DNA of 64,000 nt. Origin: Octopus sinensis (Eukaryota). Shown piece after piece: positions 1 through 12,361 of this stretch. Location: the NCBI RefSeq assembly GCF_006345805.1, contig NC_043006.1:36890001-36954000 (forward strand), written 5' to 3'. The stretch's first letter is position 1. Each line of letters begins with the position of its first letter. A program made the position numbers and the translations under genes. The notes under the pieces were generated by a model. It was not told the DNA's origin, did no database searches, and saw nothing but the letters and a program-made list of their open reading frames with translations.

Positions 1-294
1 GTGACCCTATTCACCACATGCACACACATGCATGCATGCACACACACACACACGCATACATACACTTATTATATATACATTGGTTGGGTTTTTTTTTGTT
101 GTTATCATGCCTTTCAAAACAAACCAGTCACTGATCACGAAAAAGATAGAGAAGGTGAGAGAGAAAGAGAGAGAGAGGTGGAGAGAGAAGAGAAAAATTA
201 AACAAAAATTAAAAAAAAAAGTTTTCAGGAAGTAGAGTTATGTGTTACTGTCACGGTATGTATGAGAGAGAGAGTGTGTGTATGTGTGTGTGTA

Positions 295-330
<36 letters not shown>

Positions 331-530
331 TCTGTATTTAAATGTACTACACTGCACTTGATGCTGTCTGAGTTGACTTATTGTCAAAAGTAAGCTATAG
401 CATCTTTTGAGTTTTATTTTTTCATTAGATAATAAAATAAAATAATATTAACAATAATAATAATAATTAATAATAATATTAATAATAATAAAAATAATGT
501 TTATAGTGCAAGTGCAGCATTGAAATGTGT
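1..530 (-). other. TMEM198: Start of TMEM198 3'UTR (AT-rich, microsatellites), probably running off the window
   Basis: Directly downstream of the TGA at 533-531. Confidence 0.7.
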
Positions 531-650
531 TCATGAAACTTGGGTCAATGTAGTATTGGCACTCTCTAGGTCAACAACAGGTTCGCAGTGAATAGTAGTC
601 AGACTCCTCATGGCAGGAGACAGCTTGTGTTGGATGCTTTGTATGTAGTT
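531..650 (-). CDS. TMEM198: TMEM198 last coding exon (NYIQSIQHKLSPAMRSLTTIHCEPVVDLESANTTLTQVS*)
   Basis: Acceptor ttctcttctttatttttcag|AAC, phase 0; YIQS matches vertebrate SYIQS; TGA at 533-531. Confidence 0.92.
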   Translation of the reverse strand, partial: NYIQSIQHKLSPAMRSLTTIHCEPVVDLESANTTLTQVS

Positions 651-2259
651 CTGAAAAATAAAGAAGAGAAAATTGAGACTTACTCAAACAAATGAAGAAG
701 CAAACAAGCCTTGTACATATACAATTAGGGCCTCACATATGTATTATACAGTAGTGAGTTGAAAAACTTGAAAACCTCAACAAAGGACTTAAGAAGACAT
801 CTCCAACTGCAGGAAATTTTAAAATCTAAAAATAAAAACAAACAGACAAAGCAGCAAATAATTCAAATAAGTTTAATTAATGGTACGTTATTTACATTAT
901 TTACATTTGACGGATATTCGTCCTCATCTTGTTTGTTGCTAACACGTTTCTGCCAGCCTTCATCAGGTGTCTTAGGGAAATTTTGAACCTGGGTTCTCAT
1001 TCCTAAGGTATTATTATTATTATTATTATTCAGGTCACTGTCTGGAATAGAACTCGGAATCTTAGGGTTAGTAGCCCGTGCTCTCAACCACTATGCCATA
1101 TAGAACTTTGATTAATGGGTCGATATTTTTGGAAAATGCTGACAATGAAGACTGGAGATGGTCAGGCGCTTAACTCTTTAGCATTCAGATTATTCTGTGA
1201 AAAGTAATTCATATTGCTTTGAATTAATCTTGTAACTTTGAAATTTCAATAATGTGCTTGTATATTTTTAGAATGACATTGTAGGGTAGTTGTGAAAGGT
1301 CGGATCTGGCTGGTTTGAACATGAAACAGAATATTTGGGACAGTTACAGCCACGTTATAAGGTAAAGGGTTAAAGCTAACAAGTGGAAGTAATAGATACA
1401 TTTTGGTCTTATAAACCTCTTTGTTAATTTCAGTTAGCTTTTGGAAATATTGAAGAATTCAATTAGAATTTAGTAGAATTTATTTTGCTTAACTTTGGAA
1501 TTTTGATGGAAGATTTCATTTAGATGATTTTAAAACAGGAATTTTTTTATCATACAGCTAGGAGCAGTCTTGGACAGATAGGTATCAAAAGGTTAAACAA
1601 CCTCTGCAAAGAATTTTCAAATCAGTTTAAGTGCAATCAGTTTATTCACACACACACGTATATATTGCAGACACAAACTGGATGTGTCACTTCCTCACCT
1701 CTAATGACAGAAAGTAGTTGTCATTTCTTTCTATGCTGGCCAACTCTGACAAGCACTATTTTTAGACGAGTGCCTGGTTATCTAATATCCTGTGAGAAAC
1801 TGATTGGTAACATCAGTTGCAATCACTCTAAAATACTGTGTACTTCAATATATATATATATACGCACACACTAACTCACATATGGAAACACAAACAGACA
1901 AGCGGTGAACCGGCATAATCTTACCTGTAATGACTTAAAACACAATTTTTTTTCTGGTATTTAAGTTTAAATAATAGATTAATTAACTAAATTATCTAAT
2001 ATAAAATCAAAAATTTGGGAAGAAAACGAAGGAATTGCTAAAAGACTAAATATACATTAAAATGAAAAAATTACAGAAGAGTTAAAGAACAAACAATCAA
2101 ACAAGCAAGCAAAGAAAACAGTTATGGCACAAAATTAAATAAAATTGAAACAAAGAAATGAGCCAAATCATAAATATATAATTAACGAATTGATTAATTT
2201 TAATTATAAATTTGGATAACTTGAAATGCATCACAAAGTATATGAGAAATCAGAGAGTG

Positions 2260-2306
2260 TGGCTTTTGAGGAAGACCCTAGCTGGGCCTGAAACCTGGTC
2301 AAGCCA
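2260..2306 (+). ncRNA. Minimal type I hammerhead-ribozyme-like motif (Penelope-type), C3U variant
   Basis: TGGCTT-TTGAGGA-AGACCC tagct GGGCCT-GAAA-CC t GG-TC-AAGCCA: 6-bp stem I, 5/6 stem II, very short stem III, GUC cleavage triplet. Confidence 0.6.
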
Positions 2307-2445
2307 ATGTTGCATTCTCTATACATGGAAATGTTAAGAGATATTCATTCATCTACATTTGTCATAGCACATCTGCTTCACATACGCACCTGTATCTGTG
2401 CATGCATGCATGCATGCATGCGTTCGTGCGTGCATGTATGTGTGT

Positions 2446-2638
2446 ATACAGGGTTGGCCAAAAGTCACCTGACAGTAACTCAAAATTCCAGAAAAATTTA
2501 ATATTCAAGTTTATTTATTCATTTTTTTCAACATTTGTTTATTTATTAGCAAAGTCTCATATAAGATAATTTTTTTGTTTTAATCTTGGAATTAAGCACT
2601 TTTGAATTACTGTCAGGTGACTTTTGGCCAACCCAGTA
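2446..2638. mobile_element. Tc1/mariner-type MITE with TA target site
   Basis: ~37-bp TIRs: TA-CAGGGTTGGCCAAAAGTCACCTGACAGTAACTCAAAA / TTTTGAATTACTGTCAGGTGACTTTTGGCCAACCCAG-TA. Confidence 0.85.
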
Positions 2639-2642
2639 TGTA

Positions 2643-2682
<40 letters not shown>

Positions 2683-4410
2683 CTCAAATATCAAATGGTG
2701 AGTATTAGTGGATAAATAGTCTTTATTTTGTGGATTAGCAAAGCAGGCATACAATTGTGAAGATCTCTTCAAATGAAACCATTGGTTGGCTTTTTAACTT
2801 ACAAATAATGAACACACACACATATATTGTGTGTGTGTGTGTGTGTGTGTGTACTGCAGTATGTGTGTGATGTGTGTATACTGCAGTGTGTGTGTGTGTC
2901 TATATTTATATATACACTGTATACACATACACAGTGGAAATTGTTTATTGTGACTGGTTTGGAATAGGCACTTTTAGATAACAATATCCATTTGATAATA
3001 TTAATTAGAGTTTGTAAAACATAATCTGAGCATATTTGGGATCCACTAATGTTGATAACAATTGGCTGATAACATTACCATTGATTATCATAGGAAGTGG
3101 TTTCCACTATGTGTGTGTGTGTGTGTGTGTGTGTATGCTGTGAAGAAATGCATGCTGGGATAACAGGCATTGTACACAATGGGGTAAATTCTGTCTTAAT
3201 ATTACAAAAGCATTTGGAAACAAATATTGAAGTTGGTATAATTTCGTTTTCACTTTTGAATTACTTTCATATGATTACTCTTAAGATGACAAATTGCTGT
3301 GCCCTTGTTTTGCTACTACCCATATATGTGTGTGTGTGTGTGTGTGGTGGGGGGTACACACATGCTTTTCGCTCCAAATCAGTTCTAATGAAGAATAGCT
3401 TAGGAGCAAAGACATTCTAACCAAAACCATTTCGGTTTTATGTATGCAAATATGGAATATAATCTCAGACTATATTTGTGAATGTGTCCTTCCTTAATTA
3501 AAAATAGTGTGTTCTGAGGGGGATTTGGTTGTTATTTCTAGTAAGTGGAGAGACAGCATAATGACTTCTTCGTAAGCTATTTGGCTACAGTGTTCTTGAA
3601 GTCCAGGTCAACTCTGATTAAATAATTTTTGTGGCATTTTGTGAACAATCAACATTTTTGATGACAGGTTTAGAACAGGCCACTCCAGAAGGATGTCCAA
3701 AATCCATCCTTCTCACCCAGCAGGGTTGGTAGTGTTACCAGTTCAGTTACCTATGGTCTGACTATACAACAGGTTATACTGGGCAATATGCTAGCAGTAG
3801 CACACGAGTCACTGACCAACCTAAGGTTATTATGACAGCAGATACTTGCCAAACAGCTGTATGCCACACAAAATCCTAAAACCACAAGGTTGCGTGCGCA
3901 GGGAACTTCTTAGAGACATTCAAGCCATGATCATCCTACCTTTCTACAGCCATCAAAGTCACATTATCAAATACGTTCCTTTCTGTTTTAAATATAACAG
4001 GATGAAATCTGAAGAAATTTTATCAGTTATTTGTAGCATGTCCAGTGAGATTTTTCCTCATGCAAATAGCAGTGATGAGCAAGTAAGGGTATATAACTCT
4101 GCCTGACTTGGCTTTACTGGTTAATACCTATAAGGTAGAAGTGTCTGCCAATTTGGAAACAGGAGTAAAAGTTTAAATTTCTTTTTGTTTTTAGTTTTGT
4201 ATATAATTTTTTTTTTTTTTTTAGAATAATAATGATAAAATACTATTGCAGCATGGAAGGTGTTTATAAGCCATTTAAAAACACAAAAACCGTTAGACTG
4301 ATTTCAACATTTAAATTTAATTTGTCAAAATATTTTCGTTACTTTGAAACCGCGACCTGTTCACTGATAAAATTCCGTCTGAGACACACATATCAGTACA
4401 TAACATATGT

Positions 4411-5140
4411 TCACATGTACATACATACACACATACATATAGGCACACGTACGTATGTACATACATACATACATACACACGTACGTATGTACATACATAC
4501 ATACACACGTACGTATGTACATACATACATACACACGTACGTATGTACATACATACATACACACGTACGTATGTACATACATACATACACACGTACGTAT
4601 GTACATACATACATACACACGTACGTATGTACATACATACACACGTACGTATGTACATACATACACACGTACGTATGTACATACATACACACGTACGTAT
4701 GTACATACATACACACGTACGTATGTACATACATACATACGTACGTATGTACATACGTACGTACGTATGTACATACATACGTACGTATGTACATACATAC
4801 ATACGTACGTATGTACATACGTACGTACGTATGTACATACGTACGTACGTATGTACATACATACATACGTACGTATGTACATACATACATACGTACGTAT
4901 GTACATACATACATACGTACGTATGTACATACATACATACGTACGTATGTACATACATACATACGTACGTATGTACATACATACATACGTATGTACGTAC
5001 ATACATACGTATGTACATACATACATACGTACGTATGTACATACATACATACGTATGTACATACATACATACGTATGTACATACATACATACGTATGTAC
5101 ATACATACATACATATGTACATACATACATACATATGTAC

Positions 5141-5193
<53 letters not shown>

Positions 5194-5220
5194 TACATAC
5201 ATACATACATATATATATCA
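4411..5220. repeat. Complex ACAT/ACGT/ATGT satellite (24-28 bp units) ending in (AT)n
   Basis: Directly visible; explains six overlapping YVCM/HTYI pseudo-ORFs. Confidence 0.97.
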
Positions 5221-5879
5221 TGAACTAACTGTTACTTTCTCAGATGCAGCACAGAATTTTGTCAGTGAAGAGGTCACAGTTTCAAAGCAATGAAAATATT
5301 TTGACAAATTAAAGTTAAACGTTGAAGTGAATCTAACGGTTTTTGTGTGTTTCTTAAATGGCTTATAAACATGTTCCATGCTGCAATTGTTTTTGTTTCA
5401 GCACACCATCTTAGATCAGGTCACTTGCTATGCAAGTACATATCCATAATAATAAAATAATATAAATTAGAATTATACAATGGTACAGCAACAACAACAA
5501 CAACAACACTGATGATCATAATGATTACATAAAAGCTTAGATACAAACTTTGGATCATTGTAATTTAGAGTGAATAATGAATACATCACAAGTGTATTTC
5601 CTTAATTCTTGTAAGAGAGAAATCAGAACTAATCTCATATAGATTTCCACACCATTTGTGATAGTTACAATATGTCACCAACCCACAATGACCACCACCA
5701 CCACAGATAGAATTACTCTGGTTCTGGGAGCGAAACCGAAAGAACTGTTCATCAATGAAAAATAATTAATTAAACATGCAACAGAAACCAGGTAACTGAT
5801 TGGTTTAGTAACTACTGCTACTAGTAGTAATTAGTAACTATTACAACTGCTGCTACTACTACTATTTGTAGCAGTTAGT

Positions 5880-6440
5880 GATGAATGATGATGACGAGTG
5901 ATGATAATTGTGGTGAAGGTGGTGCAATGGTAGAGACAACAGGAGTGAGTGGAGATGATGATGATGCAGACAACTATGATTGTGAAGATGGCATCTATGA
6001 TGGTGGTGGTGAAGATATCAAAGATGATGGCAACGAGGGCGGTGGCAGTGATAATGGTGATGATGGTGGAGATGATGGCAACGAGGGTGGTGGCAGTGAT
6101 AATGGTGAAGATGGGGACATTAAATATGAAGGTGGTGAGATGACAATGATGATGGTGGAGATATCAAAGATGATGGTGGAGATGATGGCAATGAGGGCAG
6201 TGGCAGTGATGATGGTGATGATGATGAGGCTTACATGACAATGATGAGGGTGGTGGCGATGGTAATGGTGGAAACATCAATGATGCTGACAATAAGGTAC
6301 TGATGAGTGGTGGTGGTTGTAGCGGTGATAGATATCAACACCAATAATGGGAGATGCTGATGGTGATAAAGAAGGTGCTACATAATGCTAAAGGTATGTG
6401 ATGATAAAGATAATGAAGGGGTGCTGATAATGATGAGGGC
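5880..6440. repeat. Degenerate (GAT/GGT)n low-complexity tract with internal duplications
   Basis: GATGATGGCAACGAGGG.GGTGGCAGTGATAATGGTGA occurs twice, plus degenerate copies. Confidence 0.85.
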
Positions 6441-6899
6441 ACCATGTGAAAGAAGTTTATGAGAAGAAGAGTCGAGGGCATAAAAGAGGAAACTGGGCCC
6501 CTCTATTAAGGTCCAAACAATTCAGAAGAACAGTAATATGCTGTACTTGTAGACATAGCCAACCCATAAGAGTATACAAAGAATTATGGATATTGCAACA
6601 ATAATTATCATAAAGGATAACAAACTGGATGATAATGATGAAGATGTCTACAAACAGTGGATGATAAAGACATTAAATAATTGTGAAGGTGATTAGGATA
6701 ATAATAACGGTGACGGTGCCAATGGTATTATTTAACTGATTCCACAGAGAGTTAGACATTCCAGAAGAGGTGTAGAAACCAAGAATTTCCTGAACAGGAT
6801 TTTGGCGAAAGAGAATCATGCCAGACCAAGTTGCAAAGATGGAGAAAAGATGAGAGAGATGAGTTAGTTTGAGGTTAATAGAATCCCTGTCAACAGCCA

Positions 6900-7782
6900 G
6901 ACATCAGTCTCAGATTGGTTAGACATGCTACATTCCAGAAAACAGAGAAATAGGGGTTAGTGGAGGGACAGAAAGGGATGGATGGAAAGAGGGAGTGGGC
7001 AAGTAGAGAGAATAGGAGGATGACGTGAAATGCGAGAGAAAGAAAGAGTGCATGGGAGAGAGAGGGAGTGAATGAGAGGGTAGAGAGGGTGAGAGAATGA
7101 AGAGGAGTAAAAGAATGAAAAAGTGGAAGGAGATGAGGAGGGAAAGATAGAGATGGAAAGTGTGTGAGATAGAGAGGAAGGAGGGAAAGATAGAGATGTA
7201 AAGAAATGAGAGTGGTTGCTAACAGAGGCAGAGACAAGCAGAATGGAATAGGGGAAGTAGTAACAAGGAAAAGAAGTGGGTGTGACTTAATACAGAAAAG
7301 GAAAGGAGATGAAAGCCAGAAAGGGGCAAAAGACGAAGGATGGAAAAGGAAGAGGAGACCAAAGATGGAAAAAGAGGAGGAGGAGAGCAAAGATGGAAAA
7401 GGAGGAGAAGGAGAACAAAGAGAGAAAAAGAGGAGACTAAAGATGGAAAAGGGGAGGAGACCAAAGATGGAAAGGGGAGGAGAGGGAAGAAAGAGGGGAA
7501 AGGAGGAAGAGACAAAAGATGGAAAGAGGGGAGGAGACTAAAGAGGGAAAGGGAGAAGAGACAAAGGATGAGAAAGAGAGAGATGAAGGATGGGAAAGAG
7601 GAGGGGGAAGAAAGTTAGAAAAGGAGGAAAGAAGAGAGCCAGAAGTGCAAGGAATAAAAAGACAATGTCCCAAAAAATTTTTTTTAAAAAACAGGGTAAA
7701 TTGAAAAAGAAGAGAAAGAAGTGAAAAGATATGTAGAGTGGAAACTGAGCCAATGTGTTAGAGAGAGAGAAAGAGAGAGATA
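6900..7782. repeat. Polypurine (GA-rich) tract with an imperfect GGAGAC(C/T)AAAGATGGAAA minisatellite at ~7330-7570
   Basis: Directly visible strand asymmetry and reiterated motif. Confidence 0.9.
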
Positions 7783-10700
7783 AATGGGATAATGTTCCAG
7801 TTAGTACTACCTTAAAGTTGAACTTGATGTTGAACAGTGGTCATCAGGGCTATTGAGGGTAGCCTTCTCCATGGAGTGTGTGCCACTGCATACACTAGGG
7901 ATCTTCATAGATTGGGAGACAACATCAACATACACACGCACACAAACAATGAGAGAGAGAAAAAAAAAATGAAATTAAAGAATTATAAGATGAAGTAAGA
8001 AGTTTGTATGTAAAAAGATAGTGAAATGGTTAAGACATACTGCACTGAGAGATGAGAGTGGCCTTGTGGGGTCAAACAAGTAGCAAGAAGTTCATAGGAT
8101 ATATGTGGGCAGTACACTTGATTCTACAGCTACACTCCCGTCCCTCTCTGGTTCACCTGGTAGCATATCTTTGAGGAATAGACAAACAACTTATCTGGGA
8201 AAGAGATTAGATTGGTCTGCTAAGCACATCAACTCATCAATAGTGTAAAGGCCCCATTCGGTCATGAATGACCATGGTATTGCATCTAGAAAGTTCCCCT
8301 CCAAGGCACAAGTCTGGGGAAAGTTGTTTATGGAAGACTAGCAGTCACCTATGCATACCAACCTCCCACCTCCATGAAAGGCAAAGCTGACCTTGGTGGA
8401 ATTTGAACTCAGAATGTAAAGACAGACAAAATGCCACTAAACATTTTGCCTGGCCTGATAATGATTCTGCCAGCTTGCCATTTTAGTGGCATAATGTATA
8501 AACCACAGTCATTTTAACTGTTCTTTAGTCCAGTATCAATTTGGATTGATCAAACCTATAATCAAAGGCATTCCAGCCACGATCATCCCATCTCAGTATA
8601 ACCTGACAAAATATGTCCAGAACCTCATTGTTCTATGTATCTTCACATAACACTGCAGTGTGTTATTTCAAGGAAATTTGGCTGTGTTTTCTAGCAGGTC
8701 AAGCAAGCAACCATGTACAGGTTTCTTTAAACTATTTAGTTTTTGGACTATGTTAGCTAATGAATGTGACTTAAAAACTAATTTCATTGAGTATATTACT
8801 GGTACAGATTCCTGATTAGGTAAACTGAAGAGGTGTAGAATTAGAAGTGCATAGTCCAAGAACTGCATCAATGCACAACTTGCAGGCCATAGGCATCGTA
8901 AGCCCCTACACGTTGGCCATTCACACTAGCCTCTCCCTGGAGATACAGACTTCTAGATTCTGCCATTCAAAAAATAAACCAAAAGTCTCCGAAAGCATCT
9001 TAAATCAGTCAACAGTGTTGTTGACATTGAACTAAAATTGAATTATGAAAGAGAGCTGGATTGCCAGAGAAATGAAAATGAATGAAAGAAAGTAGAATGG
9101 AAGGAAGACAGACAGATAGCTAGACACACAGACAGACAGATGGATAGAGAAGAGAGTTAAATAATGAGAGAATTTAAACAACTGTTTGAATAGATAGCTA
9201 CACAGAAAGCTGGGTAGTCTTTAATTGATGTCCCATACTTATTGTATGAGTGTTGATTAAATGTATTTTGGGCTGCAGTATTTCATCCACAGAATGTTCC
9301 TTTAAGACATAAAGAGTTAAAGAGCACCCAAACCATCCCAAAGGCATTTAAATAACTCCCATAGTATGACATTATAATAATGTTTACATTATTGGAGCTG
9401 CTTCTAACTCAAAATTATATGCAGAGTCCTGGGCATGTGCCATGTAAAAAAGCCCCTGTGTAGCTCTACATGAAAGCGCCTGTGCAACGCTACACAAAAA
9501 CACTCAGAACACACTGTGAAGTGTTTGGCATTAGAAAGGGCATCCAGCTGTAGAAACCATGCCAAATCAGATTGGAGTCTGGTACAGCTCCCCAGCTCTG
9601 GTCAAACCATCCAACCCATGCCAGCATGAAAAACAGATGTTAAATGATGGTTGATATATATATATATGGCAATAAGAAAATGGAGGGAATCCAGAAGTTG
9701 TATTCATCAGCTGTTAGACGTTATATTATGTCTACTTATTTTAAACAGTTCAGATAATATATATATAAATACCTGTGTAAAGTATTGCTCTTCTTTCTTT
9801 ATTCTAGAAATTACTAATACTTTACACATGTATTTATATATATTATCTGAACTGTTTAAAATAAATAAATAGACATAATATAATGCCTAACAGCTGATGA
9901 ATGCTACCTCTGGATTCCCTCCATTTTCTTGCCATATAAATTAAGAGTAAAACCACTTATTACTCTCACCTAATTATCATACTCAGTAGTGTAATTACCA
10001 CTGAATAACCAACACTTGTGTATTAATAATTGGGTATTCTACCAGCAGTATATGGGATAGATTCTATCCTTAGTTGGTTGGATTCACAACCTCTAACTCT
10101 TTGAAAAAAAAAAAATACCGCTAAGCATTTCGCCCAGCATGCTAATGTTTCTGCTAGCTCACCGCCTTTGAATAAATTAATTCTATAACATACATTATTA
10201 AGTACTTATTTACTATTTGTACAGCCAAGTGTGTGTGTGAAAAGCATACACATATTTAAAAGAATCTTGTTCCAGACATTGGATTGCAACCATTGCTGGG
10301 GCATTGGCTTGAAGGTTCTTACTAGAACAAATCAATCCCAGTACGTTGTTTTTAATCTGATATTTATTTTATTGGTCAGTTCTACTAAACTGCAGGAATG
10401 TAAACAAACCAGACCTATTTATCAGGCCAGTGGTGAGGAACAAACACAAACACATAGGTGTGTGTGAGAGTGTGTGTATGTTATGGACTCTTCCATTGTT
10501 AGATGATGGATGAGAGTTCTGCAATTTCTGAGTTCCTTCACAAAGGATTCAAATGGATGTGTCGTACATTATATCACTCTCTCCATTGAATCAGTCTTGC
10601 TTGTACATTGCTTTTGTTTACTCATTAGAAATAGCTATCAATGGTTGTTCAGTGGACATGACTTCAAGAGATTAGGAGAATGTGAGATGTGATATTTACA

Positions 10701-11903
10701 TGTCTCCAAAGTAGGAAGGTTAAGTCTTGTGGCCTAGTGGTTAAGGTGCTGCATGCACAATCACAAGATCGTGGTTTCAATTCTTGGTCTGAACAATGTC
10801 TTGTTTTTTTTTAGCAAAACATTTCATTTCCTGTTGCTCCAGTTCATCATTATCATCATTTAATGTCTGCTGTCCATACTGACATGGGCTGCACCAGGCT
10901 CCAGTCTGATTGACATGATTTTCTATGACTGGATGACCTTCCTAATGCCAGCTACTCTGAGAGTGTAACAGGTACTTTTACATGCCACCAGCTCGGGTGC
11001 CATTTGTGTGATACCAGTATCTGTCACAACTGTGATTTTGCTTGGCTTGATGGGTTTTCTTCTCAAGCATGACATAGTACCAACAGTCTCGGTCATTGCC
11101 TCCATGAGGCCTGATGCTCAAAAGAAACTCAGCCACTTTACCTCCATGGGGCCCAACGCTTGAAAGGAACTCAGCCACTTTGCCTCCATGAGGCCTGGAT
11201 CATGACATTAAGAGCGAATGTCATGATCTTGGTCATTAATACCACGTGGAAACCAAGAAACAAGCCCTGTGAGTCCTAGAGCTTGTATTGATTTCTCACG
11301 TCGAAGTCACCAATTTATGTAGTGGGAATATATATTCAGTACCAGGTGTTGATGTGGCTGCATGTATATTATTATAAGAGTTCATATAGAGATGAAGAAT
11401 AAATTAAAGAACTATATATTTACTACATAATATATTTTATTTGCTGGTCAATGTTGAAAATAATCAAAATGTAGAATCTAGTTGAATGAAGTAATAATCT
11501 TTATAAGAAAGTTCACAGATAGGAAATACAGAAATAACAGCTAAGCAGTGGCTTTCAGTCATGTGGCATAGAGAAATAGATGGACATAGCAATGACATCA
11601 ATGGCTCCAAGTCTAATCGACTAAGAAGCAAAGAGCAGGGTTACGCTAGACATTCTAGAAACTTCCAAGAGAAACGCTAAGCTTCTTGAATAATTAAGTA
11701 TCACGTCTCATGACACAGACACTTTGAGAAACTTAGTAAAGGGAGGTTACTCTATATTCTTTCTTGCAAGGGAGATCATTCAACTATTTAGCTACCTACA
11801 CCACTACAAACTCAGGGCAATAATATCCAGGGAGTGGAAGGGGTGGTGATGAACGAAGCGAAGCACATAGAGTGCTTATGTAACAGCAACAGCGAGCTAG
11901 GTT

Positions 11904-11951
<48 letters not shown>

Positions 11952-12328
11952 GGAGACATACAAACAAACAAAAAACCCCACTCAAAATCTCATTTCATTT
12001 CAAAGACAAGTATCTGAAATAAGGGAAATTCTAAATCTAAATCTGCAAACATCCTTTTACATGTTTAGTAATATAAAACAAAAATCTCCCCTCTCCCACC
12101 TGTAACGGTTAAAATTAAAGTTTAATCTATAAAGGATAAATACAAAGCTTCTAATTTCTTATTCCCCATTCTACATTTAATCTGAAATATTGTATAAAAA
12201 AATTCATCAAAAGCTTCATGATTTAATGAAGAATGAACAATGACCAAAAAAAAAAACAAAAAATCACTACAAAAAGATAGATTTAGAATTAAATTTTATG
12301 CCGTTAACGACATTAAATGCAAAGAACT

Positions 12329-12361
<33 letters not shown>

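Noticed and set aside
4232-5293. Six long ORFs (226-353 aa) rich in Y/V/C/M/H/T
   Set aside because: Translations of an R/Y-alternating satellite that cannot contain stop codons
5885-6238. Gly/Asp-rich 117-aa ORF resembling an acidic matrix protein
   Set aside because: Degenerate GAT/GGT simple repeat; the frame drifts into the Met/Val reading; no splice support
6890-7753. K/E/R-rich and F/L/S/P-rich ORFs
   Set aside because: Artefacts of a polypurine/polypyrimidine tract
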